In this document: piece after piece, positions 24,450-37,219 of the stretch
How the letters are laid out: every line of letters begins with the position of its first letter
How positions within the stretch are numbered: position 1 is the stretch's first letter
From: Eledone cirrhosa
Lineage: Eukaryota
Direction of reading: 5' to 3'
DNA length: 64,000 nt
Assembly (NCBI GenBank): GCA_964016885.1
Contig: OZ024746.1
Span: 19,840,001 to 19,904,000 of the forward strand
The notes under the pieces: generated by a model
Told to the model about the DNA's origin: nothing
Databases searched by the model: none
The model's input: only the letters and a program-made list of their open reading frames with translations
Position numbers and translations under genes: made by a program

Positions 24450-25210
24450 GGTAAGTGTTCACAGATGGGTCCTTAACCTCCTCTAGTTTATTATAGTTCT
24501 TCAGGCCATTACAGTGGAGTTTAAGATTAGCTGTCCATGGGAACTCCTATATGCTGATGACATAGTTCTTATAGCTGAATCTGTTGATCTAGAGAAGAAA
24601 TTCCAGACATGGAAACAAAACCAAGAATTGAAAGGATTCAGAGTAAACCTAGCAAAACTTAAAATTTCGGTAAGCTGGAAAAAGACAAGACCTTTTTGCT
24701 ACCAGCTAAATGGCCATACATGATATGCAGAAAAGTAATAGGTAGGAATTCCATATGCTATGGAATTTGAACTATAGGTACACGAGATGTATTGGGATCA
24801 CAGACTAATAGATAGACTTTGTATGTTGCAAATGTGCATAAATAGTCAGCAGTCAGTACACCGGTAAAATATATTTTTTTCAATGCTTGGGAGGCTCTGT
24901 AAAGGTAGTTGACACTTTCTCTTAACTATGTAACTTAATTAGCAGTGGAGGGGATTGCTTTGATAATACAGTTGCTGTTCTTATTGCAGCTGCTAGAATA
25001 ACTGCAGGCTAGGAAAATATTCTCTGAGTGAAACATATATTGTATGATGCATATGTATGTAGTGCAATGTTGCATGGTAGTTAGAGGATATGTGAAAGCT
25101 GAAAAGGAACAAAGCTTGTGTAATGTTGGTGTGTATGAACAACAAAGCACAGATTGGGATGGAAAACTGGTATAGAAGGAATCAAATGCTGAGTGTAAGA
25201 GAGAAGACTG
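24450..25210 (+). mobile_element. Degraded RTE LINE fragment
   Basis: CPWELLYADDIVLIAES...KFQTWK in ORF 24514-24723. Confidence 0.75.
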
Positions 25211-25974
25211 CTAGTACAGATATATAATGGTTTCTGATTTAAGCAGAAGATGGTAAGGATGAAAGCCAAAACTATCCATAGCAGGTTTCAAATTCAGAAC
25301 GTAAAGGGGTGTAACTCTATGCTGTAAAGCATGTCCGATGATCTCCCAATACTGCCAATCTACCGCCCTTAGATATATAATGCATATGAATGATCACAAT
25401 TGTATAATGGAAGGAAGATGTAGACAGTGTTAAAAAGGAGTCTCAGGATGTTGAACACCACAGAGATGACAGGAATTAATTCAACAAGTTGCATGATTTG
25501 TTGGAGAGGGCTGCTTCAACGTATGCAAACATGAAAATTTAGACATAGAAATTATGATGATGATGAATTGAATTCTCCTTCTTCGCCCACTTATTCTTGG
25601 GAGGGTCCTGGGGGCAAAGTCTTCAAACACTCCTTCCAGTGGATCCTGTCAGAAACAACCATCTCCAATTGATCCAGCTGGATCCCAAGCAAGGCCAGCA
25701 GAGTTCATGGATGTTATCCAACCATTTTGCTCAAGGTCTACCCGTGGGTCTCCTGCTGGTTGGTTTTGCCTGTAAAATCTGTCCAGTGATTCTTTCGTAA
25801 GACATTCTAACATAAATAGAATTGACTGTTATTAGTTGGGTAAAAATAATACAAGATAGCGTAATAGATATCTCATAAATAGATGGTCAGATATCACCTT
25901 TTCTAGTATTATCTTGCAAATATAATTTTTCTTGTAGATTTATTCTCAATTTTTGTATTCTCTAAACTTTTCAG

Positions 25975-26008
25975 TTCACCATTAAAGATTGATCTACGTC
26001 CTATATTG
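25975..26008 (+). CDS. CAND1: CAND1 exon 17, 34 nt (SPLKIDLRPIL)
   Basis: ttcag / gtaagt; phase 2-0. Confidence 0.93.
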
Positions 26009-26117
26009 GTAAGTTCTATTCGTTCTCTGCTGCCAAGTTCCTGTTCTATTTTTAGTTGTTTATGAAAAAATATTTAACCAAGTTAGTTGTTGACTTAATA
26101 AATTCTATTATTTTAAG

Positions 26118-26217
26118 GAAGAAGCTATACCAATTCTTGCGACTTTTCTGCGAAAAAATCATCGAGCTTTGAAACTGAAAACTTTGGCTTGTCTTGATGT
26201 TCTTGTAAAACATTATG
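26118..26217 (+). CDS. CAND1: CAND1 exon 18 (EEAIPILATFLRKNHRALKLKTLACLDVLVKHY)
   Basis: ttaag / gtaagt; phase 0-1. Confidence 0.94.
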
Positions 26218-27348
26218 GTAAGTAAAATAATGCAATTGAGAATTGTATATCCACCTTATTTTGTATATATGATTTTGTGATTCGGACAAATATATTTGTC
26301 TAATGTTTGAAAAAAATTATAATTATTGCTGCTAATTATTTTTCTTGTCATAACTGGTGAGAATTTACTTAAGTGTTTTTTTTTTTGCTTTTTTTTTTGC
26401 TGCTCGTTATATTATGTTAGCCTCCATTTCCATATTCCCCAACATAGTTGATATGCTTAAGATATTAGAGAATTACAGTAGAATTCTAGTATCAAAATAT
26501 ATTTGTTTGTATAGATAAGCACTTTTCTAAACAGAATGTTATTAAGTGAAAAAGAAAAAAGTTATAGCTCACACATTTGCAGATGTAGCTGACCTTATAT
26601 GGGGTTGCTTCTCAGGAGGTTTCTTGGATGTTTTAATGATAGAGGCCTCCAGTCCTATCCTGAAAACAGCATGAAATGAAGTGTCAAGAACAAAACGTTT
26701 TGTATGGTCAAGGAATTGAACCCACTACATTGATTGTGAATTCAACACCCTAACCACTATGCTACATGCCTTCACATTGAAGTGAAGGGATATAAGCCTA
26801 TAAACATCAATTATGAAAAAAATATCAAAGTTTGTTTTCATTTGATAATGTAAAGGATATTGATGAAGAGTGATTAAGACTGAAGATGATCATGTAGATT
26901 GTATGGATATATAGCTTCACAGAATCTGTAGAAGATATGATTAGATGGATGGATAGGTCAGTAATTACTGAGGGAGTCGTAGCAGCACTGTATTGATGTA
27001 CAGCATTTCTAGGGCATTTTTTAATAGCTTGGCAGAGCCCATGTCTCCAGGTTGAATGCAGCATATTTCCTCCAACAAAGGTTAGAGAGATATTGAGGAA
27101 GAATCAACCCCAGTACTTTTTTGTTGACCTCAGCAAGATTTGGATTCAGAGAGTAGAAAACTTAAACGAATATCACAAAGCATTCTATCCGACATCCTAA
27201 CAACTCAACAGTAAATTAGGACACTAATCAAAAATATCAATTAGACTAAGTACACCATAGTAAATCAGGAATAGATGCAGTATCTAAGATATTCAACTGT
27301 GGTGTCATATTCATCTCTTATTACAAGAACTATTCCATGTACTTAAGT

Positions 27349-27609
27349 CTAAAGTCTGTCTCGAGCCTGGAGGCTTATCAGGCCAGTGTTTATCTTGGTT
27401 TCTGTGCTGTGAAGTGACTGAGAGTACAAGACTTCCCCCAGGACAGGATGCCAGTCCATTGCCGAGTTAAACCCCCAGCTATTGCTGGTACACATTTTCA
27501 GCTGAGTATACTGGAGCAACAAAAAATGTTTTGCACAACACACAACCCAGTCCAGTTATCAAACCCATGACATTATGATCATAGATCCAACACCTTTACC
27601 ACTAGGCTA
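27349..27609 (-). mobile_element. tRNA-headed SINE with V-domain-like body
   Basis: Minus strand tagcctagtgg A-box, then gcaatggactggcatcctgtcctggggg; copies at ~1742-1975, 12810-13030, 30586-30840, 57570-57700. Confidence 0.75.
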
Positions 27610-27767
27610 GGCCACACACCCCCACCATTCCATATGCCTGCAGCAGTGCAACTAAGAAAAGATAAAAGGATTTGATTGGTGCCAGAATTAGTTTTTGTAG
27701 TAAGGGGTGGTGTGGGGGTATTATCACTCCTGTTAGTGTTAAAAACGTTATTTTATTTGTTCTTCAG

Positions 27768-27853
27768 GTGTTTATTTGACCCCTGACATGATTGGCAACA
27801 TGATGGAGGAAATGCCTCCATTAATAAATGAAAATGATCTCCATGTGTCTCAG
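27768..27853 (+). CDS. CAND1: CAND1 exon 19 (VYLTPDMIGNMMEEMPPLINENDLHVSQ)
   Basis: ttcag / gtaagt; phase 1-0. Confidence 0.94.
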
Positions 27854-28604
27854 GTAAGTAATGTGTTTTTACGGTCTGGTGTTGACAGGTAACATTAATG
27901 TAAAGGAAGTTGTAACCCTAAAAGCTGATTAGTCTTTCTTGAAATATTGCTCTTGAGTGTACAAAGGCAATAAAAGAAGCAAAAAGATTCATGTATGTCT
28001 ACAGAATAAAAACTATTCTTCTAATGATTGTTTTGATAGTGTAAAGAAAATAAACATTTGTTTATTCAAATATTTATAGTATTTTTACTAGTATTGCATT
28101 AAAAACTTTGTTTTTAATGTGAATTAGATATTCATGCTAAAAATGATGTGTGGTTGTTAAATTACATAGTTAAAAAACAGTTACATTAAATATATGAAAA
28201 GAACTGTTAATAATAAATTAAAATAAACATCAAAATAAAAAACAACAAAAGCAATTTGTTGGTGGGGTGGGGGGGTTGTACTTTTCTTTAAAATGAATCT
28301 AAATATGTTATTTTGTGTTAAGCCCCTCCAGAGAAGTCATTTACTGTGAACAAAAGGTGTATTGAATAGCATAACCATAAATAGGGTGGGGGTATGAGGT
28401 CGCAGCCATGTGACTTTAGTCAAGCATGCAGGTGTTTTAAGAGGTTTTTGGGATGTTCCATTATGTAGTGAGAATGGATATGGCGAAGGGTCACACAGGA
28501 TTACATGTTCAATCCTGAGATTGTCCAGAAAATGTTTTAAATTCAGCACATCACAAGGATGTTAAGAGTTAATTTAGTTAAACACTTTTTGTTTTTAATT
28601 TCAG

Positions 28605-28805
28605 CTGACACTTAATCTTCTAACATCCATCTTACATATACACCCTCCATCCATGACTAACATCCAAGAGAAAATGTTGCCTCAAATATTGTTATTAGTA
28701 CAGTCACCTTTATTACAAGGTGGTGCACTTGACTCAATACTTGAATTCTTTCAAGCTCTTGTCAATGCGGATTTACCAAAACTTGCATCCAGAGATTTAC
28801 TTTTG
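28605..28805 (+). CDS. CAND1: CAND1 exon 20 (LTLNLLTSIL...VQSPLLQGGALDSILEFFQALV...RDLLL)
   Basis: ttcag / gtaagt; phase 0-0. Confidence 0.95.
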
Positions 28806-28949
28806 GTAAGTATCATCTCATTATTTACGGGCTCGATAAAATAAAGTCCCAGTAACGTACTGAGGTCGATTTAATCGACTTTTCCTTCTCCCCACAACAA
28901 TCGTTGGTCTTGTGCCTAAGCCTAAACTAAATCAGAAAACATTATTATT

Positions 28950-29912
28950 TACCCATATGCTGATGATCTGGTTCTTATAGCAGAATCAGTAGAGAAGCTA
29001 GAGAATAAATTCTGGCTATGGAAACAGCAGTTGGGATCAAGAGGACTGAGAGTGAACATAGCTAAGAGAAAAGTGTTGATAAGTAGAAAAGAGGACGATA
29101 CTCTGATTCCATCAGGGAAATGGCCATGTTCGATATGTAGGAAAGGAACTGGCATAAATTCCATAAAATGTATGCAATGCAGATCTTGGGTACACAAGAG
29201 ATGTAGTGGGATAGCAGGCAAACTAACAGGTAGGGAAAACTACATATGCAGTAGATATACAGGGAAATTTGGCAGTAGTAATCACAGTGATAGACACATT
29301 TTTCCAATGCAGGTGGGTTCTATAGAAGTGGTTGATAGCTTCCGGTACCTAGGTGATCAGATTAGCATGGGACGGGGGGGGGGGGGGGGGGGACATAGTA
29401 TCTAGAATGACAGGTTGGAAGAAGTTTAGGGAGCTGCTTCTTCTGTTGACAATGAAGGGTTTCTCCCTGCGTACGAAAGGACGGTTATATGATGGTAGTG
29501 AGACATGGGCAGCAACTGCAGAGGATATGCGACGGCTGGAGAGAAATGAAGCAAGCATGCTCCGTTGGATGGGCAATGTCAATGTGCATGAACGACCAAG
29601 CATAGACGAGTTGAGAAAGAAACTAGGTATAAGAGGGGTAAATTGTGGTGTGCAGGGGAGAAGACTGAGATGGTATGGACGTGATGCACATGGAGGATGA
29701 CCGCTGGGTAAAAAAGTGCCAAGAAATCCCACTAGAAGGAAGACGCAGTAGAGGTAGACCACGAAAAACATGGGCGGAGGTGGTGAGAGCAGACCTCAGA
29801 CGGCTGAAACTCACGGAGATGACGAAGATCTGTAACAAGTGGAGAGATGCTGTGCTGAGTAGGACCCGTCCAACCCTTGCAAGCAGGGAAAGGCAGACGC
29901 AAAATGATGATG
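28950..29912 (+). mobile_element. 5'-truncated RTE LINE (PHD-like finger family) with (gat)n tail
   Basis: YADDLVL, GKWPCSICRKG..CMQCRSWVHKRC, RRLRWYG, GRPRKTW. Confidence 0.88.
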
Positions 29913-31163
29913 GTGATAGGGCAGTAGATTAGCAGTGTTGGTAGAATGTTGGGCAATATGTTTTGTGGCATATAATTACAGTTCAAATCCCACCATTGCC
30001 TTTTATCCTTATAGGGTCAATAAAATATTGTACTAGTAACGTACTGGGCTCAATTTGACTTTCCCATCCCAAAATTGTGCTTAAACTAAATCAGAAACCA
30101 TTAGGGCAGTGGATTGGCAGTATCAGTAGAGTGTCAGGCAACATGCTCTGTGGCATATAGTTACAGCCCTTCTGAGTTTAAATCCTGCCGAGGTTAGCTT
30201 TGCCTTTCATCCTATAAAGTAATAGCTCAGTGGATGGTTGATTGGCAGAATTGTTAAAGAGTGGTATCTAATACAGATCTAGTTCAAATCCTGCCAGGAG
30301 TTGCAACTGGCATATAGTATTAACACTTGAAAGACCAATGTAAAAATTGTGTCCTTAGTTCGATCTGGTGATAGGTTTTTTTTTCTTTTTTGTCCAAATG
30401 AAAAGTTGAAGAAATAGATTGAATTATGCTTATTTTAATTGGAATATATTTTGTTGAGTACCCATTAAGATATACTAGTTTTCCTAAACCTGTGGATATC
30501 CTCTAAATTTAAAGCCTAATGCTTGACTATCACTCTTCTTGCTTTCATGCTGAAGAAGATCCTTATTAAATTATTATTTAAGTTAAAGTCTGTTTTAAGC
30601 CGAAGGCTCATCAGGTTGGTGCTTATCCCCAGTTTCCTTTGTGTTAAGTGACTGAGAGTACAAAACTTTCCTTGGATAGGATGCCAGTCTATCGCAGGAT
30701 TAACTCCCCAGCTACTGCTAGCACTCACTCTCAGCTGAGTGTACTTTAGCAACATAAAGTAAAGTGTTTTACTCAAAAACACAACCCAGCCCAGGAATCG
30801 AACTGGCAACATTACAACCTTATGTCAAGCATCCTAATCATGCTTAAAATGAATTTAACATTGTGAACTTTATATATATATATATAAACAAGGATTAAAA
30901 AATAAACCTGCTGTTTCTGAAGTCAGATATTTGTATAGATTGTTGTCCTATTAACATCAGGCATTCAATCAAAGTGTGTACTTTTGAAGGGCATTCTGTT
31001 TCCAACAAATCAAGTTTCATTTTGACACGACGCTGCACTTAATGTCTGATTGAAATTACAAGCTTAAATTGTTGATCTTTTGTCTATATTTAAATGATAT
31101 TCAGTTAAAATGAAGTTAAAAAATTTGTAGTTCATCTAATCAATTTTCATTTGTTTTCTGAAG

Positions 31164-31238
31164 ATGCTCATTACACCTGTATATAACCCTGTCTCTGGAG
31201 TGCAGTCAAGTAATGCTGTATTAGCTGTACATAAACAG
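31164..31238 (+). CDS. CAND1: CAND1 exon 21 (MLITPVYNPVSGVQSSNAVLAVHKQ)
   Basis: tgaag / gtaaaa; phase 0-0. Confidence 0.9.
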
Positions 31239-31460
31239 GTAAAAAAGACTTTTTTAAAATATTTAACTTGCAAAACCTTTTTCATTAGTTCATTTTTTAA
31301 AAATGATGATAATAAGCGAGGTGCGCCTGTGAGATCAGTAGCTCCGCTTCAGTATTGACTTGGTCTATGTAGACCCATCCAACCCTTGCTAACAGGGAAA
31401 TGCAAACATTAAACAATGATGGTGTTGCAATATTTTCATGAATATTTTATTTTGTTCCAG

Positions 31461-31550
31461 GCATTTCATTCAATTGCCAAGTGTGTTGCTGCTATAATAA
31501 GTCAGACAGAAGCTCCCAAAGTTATCAACCAGTTTGTAGCAGATATTAGG
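31461..31550 (+). CDS. CAND1: CAND1 exon 22 (AFHSIAKCVAAIISQTEAPKVINQFVADIR), GC donor
   Basis: tccag acceptor; donor AGG|GCAAGT keeps frame and alignment with next exon. Confidence 0.88.
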
Positions 31551-31769
31551 GCAAGTATTTCACATTGGTTTGGTGTATGTACTGTTTTTATGAAAGTCAT
31601 TTTTAATACAATACAAGATTTCACCATTGTCATAGGCCAGCTATGTGTGGCTTTTGGTAATTTATTTTTGAGAAATGCCTGATGAGATTACTTGCTTGGT
31701 GTTGTTGCAGAGTGGGTGGAGATCTAAAAACTCAAATGTTTCAATGCAAGACAAAACCACAAACAAATT

Positions 31770-32480
31770 CCTAGAACAGCTAGGGCCTAAAGAAATCACT
31801 ACACTTACCAGCATCTACAGTTACTCATACCAACACTTAAATTCTTTTAGTCTGGAAGTTGGGCAAAATTTTAGCAGCTAAAAACCTAGTGATATAATTC
31901 ATACAGACATACCACCCTCCTATGCATATCCAGTCTGTTAGCTGGAACAGGTAAAAGAGTAAAGGTTAATCCTTGACATCACTAATCCACATAACGTTTT
32001 CATAGCACTGCATTCAATCACAACATTACTTACAAATATGCACAAGAAATACATAATAGCTGCAACAACAACCTACACAAACTGTTCTAATGACCATCAG
32101 TTGCTTTCAACTCAAATCCCTGTTATTGATTTATACAAAAAATATTCCACCCTGTCACCCCCCCCCCCCCCCCACACATACACACAAATACTGGTTAACA
32201 ATACCTGTTGGGCTTCAAAACCCATGTTGTGTACAAAAACAACACTTCCAGAAGCTACAGTTTCCCAGCTGGGATTTTTCTTTCCATCCTCTCCTTTCAA
32301 CATATATATACTTACATGACCATATGACATGTCCTCAAAACATATAGACAACCTCGCATACAAAGATGACATCACACTCACCTCCCACCATTCTCCATAC
32401 ACTGCAGTACATCTACTCTAACCCTATTTCATAAATCACATAAGAACCAAGCTCCACAATAACTAGCCCCTACTAAATCC
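31770..32480 (+). mobile_element. Highly decayed LINE RT relic (Jockey/I/CR1-like)
   Basis: Broken motifs resembling WK..K, KP..SYR, FNIY, Y.DDITL; C/A-rich strand bias. Confidence 0.45.
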
Positions 32481-32831
32481 ACTGTCTATCAGCAAAACCA
32501 CTATGAGTACGCAATTTTGTGTGGTTGGGGTTATCAGAGTTTACTTGAGCTAAACCAGAATAACTACTACTACTTATTTCTTTAACTCATACAAGATTTG
32601 AATTTAGACATAGCTAATTAGGACACATCTTTTAGTCCACTTCTCTAGAATTTTTACATTATTCTTGATGGCTATAGTTGATTGGATATGGAAAGTAGAG
32701 GGATGGTATTAGTCTGGAATGGCACAATTTCCACTAGAATTCTCTTTATTTCAAACTCGTATAATTACTTTTAATTGATTGTTTCTTTTTACTGAAAGTA
32801 ATAACTATTAATGTTATGTCTCTCTTTTCAG

Positions 32832-32899
32832 CATGCAAAGGCCTCTGATTCTGTAAAGCTGTTTTCTTTATTAGCTTTAGGTGAGATTGGCCGACAAAT
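32832..32899 (+). CDS. CAND1: CAND1 exon 23 (HAKASDSVKLFSLLALGEIGRQ)
   Basis: ttcag / gtaagt; phase 0-2. Confidence 0.93.
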
Positions 32900-33139
32900 G
32901 TAAGTGTTTTTTCTTTTTATACTTTTATAAAACTTAACCAAATTGCTATATATCAATATTTAAATTAGTAACTAAGTTAATATATATTTAAACCTGGAGA
33001 ATGTAGGTGTTAGGATTATAGGAGGTGAAGGTGATCCTGGATGGAGTTGGAATGGAGGTGTACAGCGATGGTGAGAATAGCTTATACTATTTATGTTATG
33101 TTTTCTTTTAGTCCCTTTAATTTTAGGTTTTTTTTTCAT

Positions 33140-33650
33140 GTTTGGAATTTTGCCTCTCTCCTATGGATTCAGCTATAAGGACTAGATCATCAGCATACAG
33201 GAAATTCCTCTGTATAGACTGAAGGAGACTGATAAACAGAATTGAACTGAGGACTGAGCCCTGGTGGACATGTCTGTACTTCAAATTCATCATTGTATTG
33301 ATGGCCAACCCTCACCTTGCTGGTTGCACCCCTATACAACCATCACAAGCCATTTGTGCCTAGTCTCCTTAGTGCCCACCAGATCACAGGGTGGGGGACT
33401 CTTGTTAAAAGCCTTCTCCAGATCTACAAATGCCATTTACAGAGGCTTACTCTTGGCCAAGTTCTTCTGCTGCAGTTGTCTCAGAAGGAAGAGGGCATTT
33501 GTGGTGCCTCTTCTAGGCATAAATTGTCTCATCTAGCTTGATTAAGTCAGTACTTAGTTGTGCTATAACCTTCATGACTTGGTCCATCAACTTGATGCCT
33601 CTGTAGTTACTTCTCCTTTGTGTGTCACCTTTGCCCTTATAGCAGTTTAC
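33140..33650 (-). mobile_element. RTE LINE RT fragment
   Basis: VHQGSVLS, FLYADDLVLIAES, DLEKAF, NYRGIKL on the minus strand. Confidence 0.8.
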
Positions 33651-33947
33651 ATTATTCATGGATAGCTATAGTTGATTGCATTTGGAAAGTAGAGGGATGG
33701 TATTAAATACTGTAAAGTATTTAGTCTGGAATGGCACAATAATGGCTGATAATTATTATGATAAAATATTATTTGCCGCACAGGCTCAAACAAATATCAC
33801 AATTATTTCAAAGAAACTAACAAGCAAAGTGTGTGGTACATGCAAATAATGATTTTTACATTTTTGAAAGGTGTAGTCTTTTATTTATTTATTTTAGAAT
33901 TTTTTTCAATGTTATTTCTGATGAAAATATTCTTTTTATTTTTTCAG

Positions 33948-34042
33948 AGATCTAAGTGGATATGGCAAAATTGAGAATGTGATATTAGAATCATTTTCAT
34001 CCCAGAATGAAGAAATCAAGGCTGCTGCTTCTTATGCTTTAG
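33948..34042 (+). CDS. CAND1: CAND1 exon 24 (DLSGYGKIENVILESFSSQNEEIKAAASYAL)
   Basis: ttcag / gttagt; phase 2-1. Confidence 0.95.
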
Positions 34043-34094
34043 GTTAGTTGCTTTTATTTAAAAATTTCAGTTGCTTTATTGCAAATAGTTATGT

Positions 34095-34460
34095 GTCTAG
34101 CCTGCAGCAGCAATCTGACCTCTATCATAACTTCATAAACTTTAAAAAAGCCTTTGACCATGCATGGCATGAGGGTTTGTGGAAGGTGAGTAAAGATTAC
34201 AATTTTGACATCAACCTCATTCAAGTAATCAAAGCACTATAAGACAACTCAAACAGTACAGTTTTCCTGAATAACAACATTGGAGAATTCTTCAAAACAA
34301 TGGTGGGAGTTTGATACGGGTGTCATCTTTCTCCAGTACTTTTCAACATCTTCCTGAAAAACATCATGCAAGAGACTCTCCAAGACTTGCACACTTCTGT
34401 TTCCATTGGAGGGTGGCCCATTTCCAACCTGTGATTTACTGATGACACTGGCCTGTTATA
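34095..34460 (+). mobile_element. RTE/BovB-like RT fragment starting ~50 nt after CAND1 exon 24
   Basis: FINFKKAFDHAWHEGLW...GV*YGCHLSPVLFNIFL...NL*FTDD. Confidence 0.8.
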
Positions 34461-35259
34461 AGAAGCAGTGTGTCAGTGGAATGGTTAGAAAGTAGTGTAT
34501 TACAAAAATACATGTTATTACAGTTCTTGAGGTAAAATAAGGATGCAAGGTTTTGTGTGAATCACGAAGAGAGGGATAACATCCATTTTCTACACTAGCA
34601 TGGGTTAGACAAGTTGTCCTGATGTCAGATCATACAGAACTGATTCTGGCTTTGTTTTTATAGCTGGATGCCCTTTCTAATGCCAACCTCATTACAGGTG
34701 GACTGGGTGCTTTTTTATCATGGCACCGAATTGACCAGTTGACAGGTTGGACTGGGTGTTTCTTGTTGAGTCACCAACAGGGCCACATTACAGAGTGGAC
34801 TAGGTGTTTTTTTTTTCATGTACACTAAATTAATTTAAAAAGAAATGAATTGATAGATGGCATATTCTGAATAACATAGTTTATTTTGTTGTGATAATAG
34901 ATACAAAAATGTAACATGATGTACTGATAAAGTCTGTCCTTATGTTTAAAGTTGTTGTTAAGAAATAAATAGGTGCAGTGATTCTATGGCCTTAAAATAG
35001 ATAATGTTTATATTTATACATATTAAATGTAAACAACTTGTTAGATATTCAGTAAAAGTTATGATGAAAGAACTTAAGGGAATTGGTTGATGTTGGGCAA
35101 GTGCAGCTGATATTATGTAAGATTTATACAGCACTATCAATACTGTCATATATTTTACATGTGAACAGAATGTATAAAATCTATGTTGTAGTAACTATTC
35201 AAGTGAAATTTAGTACTATGTGAATTATATTTGTTTAATTTTTAAATAATGCTTTACAG

Positions 35260-35363
35260 GTAATGTCAGTGTAGGTAATTTGACCTACTTTCTGCCATTT
35301 GTATTACAAGAAATAAAGAATCAACCTAAGAGACAATATCTGTTATTACATTCTCTTAAAGAG
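35260..35363 (+). CDS. CAND1: CAND1 exon 25 ([34 protein letters not shown])
   Basis: tacag / gtaagt; phase 1-0. Confidence 0.95.
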
Positions 35364-36663
35364 GTAAGTTTAATTTTCACATTTTTCTTCTTGCAAGCAA
35401 TTCACAAGCTATGAAATTGACTCTGAAAGTGTGATTATACTTTCAGATTTGTCATTCAATATTTGCTGCGTGTAGTCGAGTCAGATTTCTGCTTCTTACT
35501 AGTATCATATAACCCCTGCTTCATGGTTGAGGGATCGGTGACTAAATAGGCTTCCTCACCAGACACGAGTTTGGTGATGAAGGTAAGTGGAAGCCCAGCA
35601 GCACAAAAAACAAGAGCTGTAAAAAAGGGCAGAAGAATTCTTCAGTGTCAACAGCCAGCCATCCCAACTATGGGTTTAATAACCTCACCAACCCACAATT
35701 GGCCAAGTGTGGTGAATACAGCTACACCCCTGACATGACCAAAACCAAACAGAGCAGTGGAAGTCAACCAAGGTGTAACAGGTGTAAGATGACATTGGAT
35801 AGGATTTGCTGCTTGTGCTCCATTAGCATGTGACGTAAACATGACCTCAATATTCAAATATTCTAGGATTTCTCATTATCATCATCATCGTTTAACGTCC
35901 ATCTTCCACGCTTGCATGGGTTTGGACGGAGGATTGTTAATCATTAACATGATCAGCTATGACTATATTATCTTGCACTGGTTTGATTGTATTAAATAAA
36001 AGAAGTTATACCTGAAAATAGCTAGTGAAATAAGAAAATTTGTTAGAATGAAAATAAGCTGTGTATAAAATTAAAATATAAAAAAAGGTGCATATACAAA
36101 GTATGATACACACTATTTACAAAGTAGAGAATAAAAAGTTCTTAGGAATGGAATGAAGTGGTTCCTTATTGAGAATGTGTTAATCAGGATAGTGAGGCCA
36201 ATGAGAAGGATTATAGTAAAAAACTATCATCTATTTCGTGATGGCCTGTAAAAGGAGCACTTTACATCTAAGGCATTTCACTTCAGCATTATCCTGGACA
36301 TGACAATTGTAATGTGCTAGCCTGTCCCTAGAAAACGCATTAACAGTTCAATAAATACCCAGATCTTGAGTATGTCAATTTGGGGTACAGTGAGAACTTG
36401 ACTATTGCAGTTCAATGATTTTGTGTGATTTAGACATCAGATTGATTTTCTATATGAGATATTGTCTATTGATCCCAATAGAAAATATTACTGGTACTTC
36501 ATCATCATCAAACTCCAGAACAATCATTATCATCATCACTATTTAACATCCATTTTTCCACGCCAGCATGGGTTAGATGAGTTGTCCCATTGTGAGACAA
36601 GTCAAATCAGTTGACTGTATCTTGCTCATGCAAAACTGTTTCTGGCTTGGTTTCTATGGCATG

Positions 36664-37025
36664 GACAGGGTGCTTTTTATTGAGGCACCAAAACAACCAC
36701 GTTATAATGTGGGCAGGGTCATGACACCAACGCAACCACTTTAGTGTGACTGAGTGCTTTTTGTTGGGGCACCAAAACGGCCACTTTATAGGATGGACTG
36801 GGTGTCTTTTGTTGTGTCACCAACTAAGCCAAATGACAGGTTAGACTGGGTGCTTTTTGTCGTGTAACCAAAACGACCACTTTGCAGTGTGGACTGGGTG
36901 CTTTTTGTCGTGTCACCAAAACGACCACTTTACAGTGTGGACTGGGTGCTTTTTGTCATGACACTAAAACGACCACTTTACAGTGGATTGGGTGCTTTTT
37001 TATTGTGGCTCCAAAATAACCACTT
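36664..37025. repeat. Tandem array of ~48-bp units inside an RTE-tailed element
   Basis: Unit ggactgggtgctttttgtcgtgtcaccaaaacgaccactttacagtgt (36891, 36939 etc.), about 7-8 diverged copies. Confidence 0.85.
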
Positions 37026-37151
37026 CATCTTATCAGGATTTAAACTGAAAATGTAATTAAGACAGTTGTGTATATACTGTAAGAATGTATCTTTTATCTT
37101 TCATAATATTCTAAATAAACTATTGATATTTTAAATGTATATTTTATTTAG

Positions 37152-37219
37152 ATAATTAGCTGCCAGTCAGTTAACGAATCAACTGTTGATAACTTGAAAC
37201 CTTATGTAGAAGACATATG
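37152..37219 (+). CDS. CAND1: CAND1 exon 26 (IISCQSVNESTVDNLKPYVEDI)
   Basis: tttag / gtatgt; phase 0-2. Confidence 0.93.

Noticed and set aside
36664-37025. CRISPR-like array
   Set aside because: Units are head-to-tail with no unique spacers, there are no cas genes, and the context is a eukaryotic SINE
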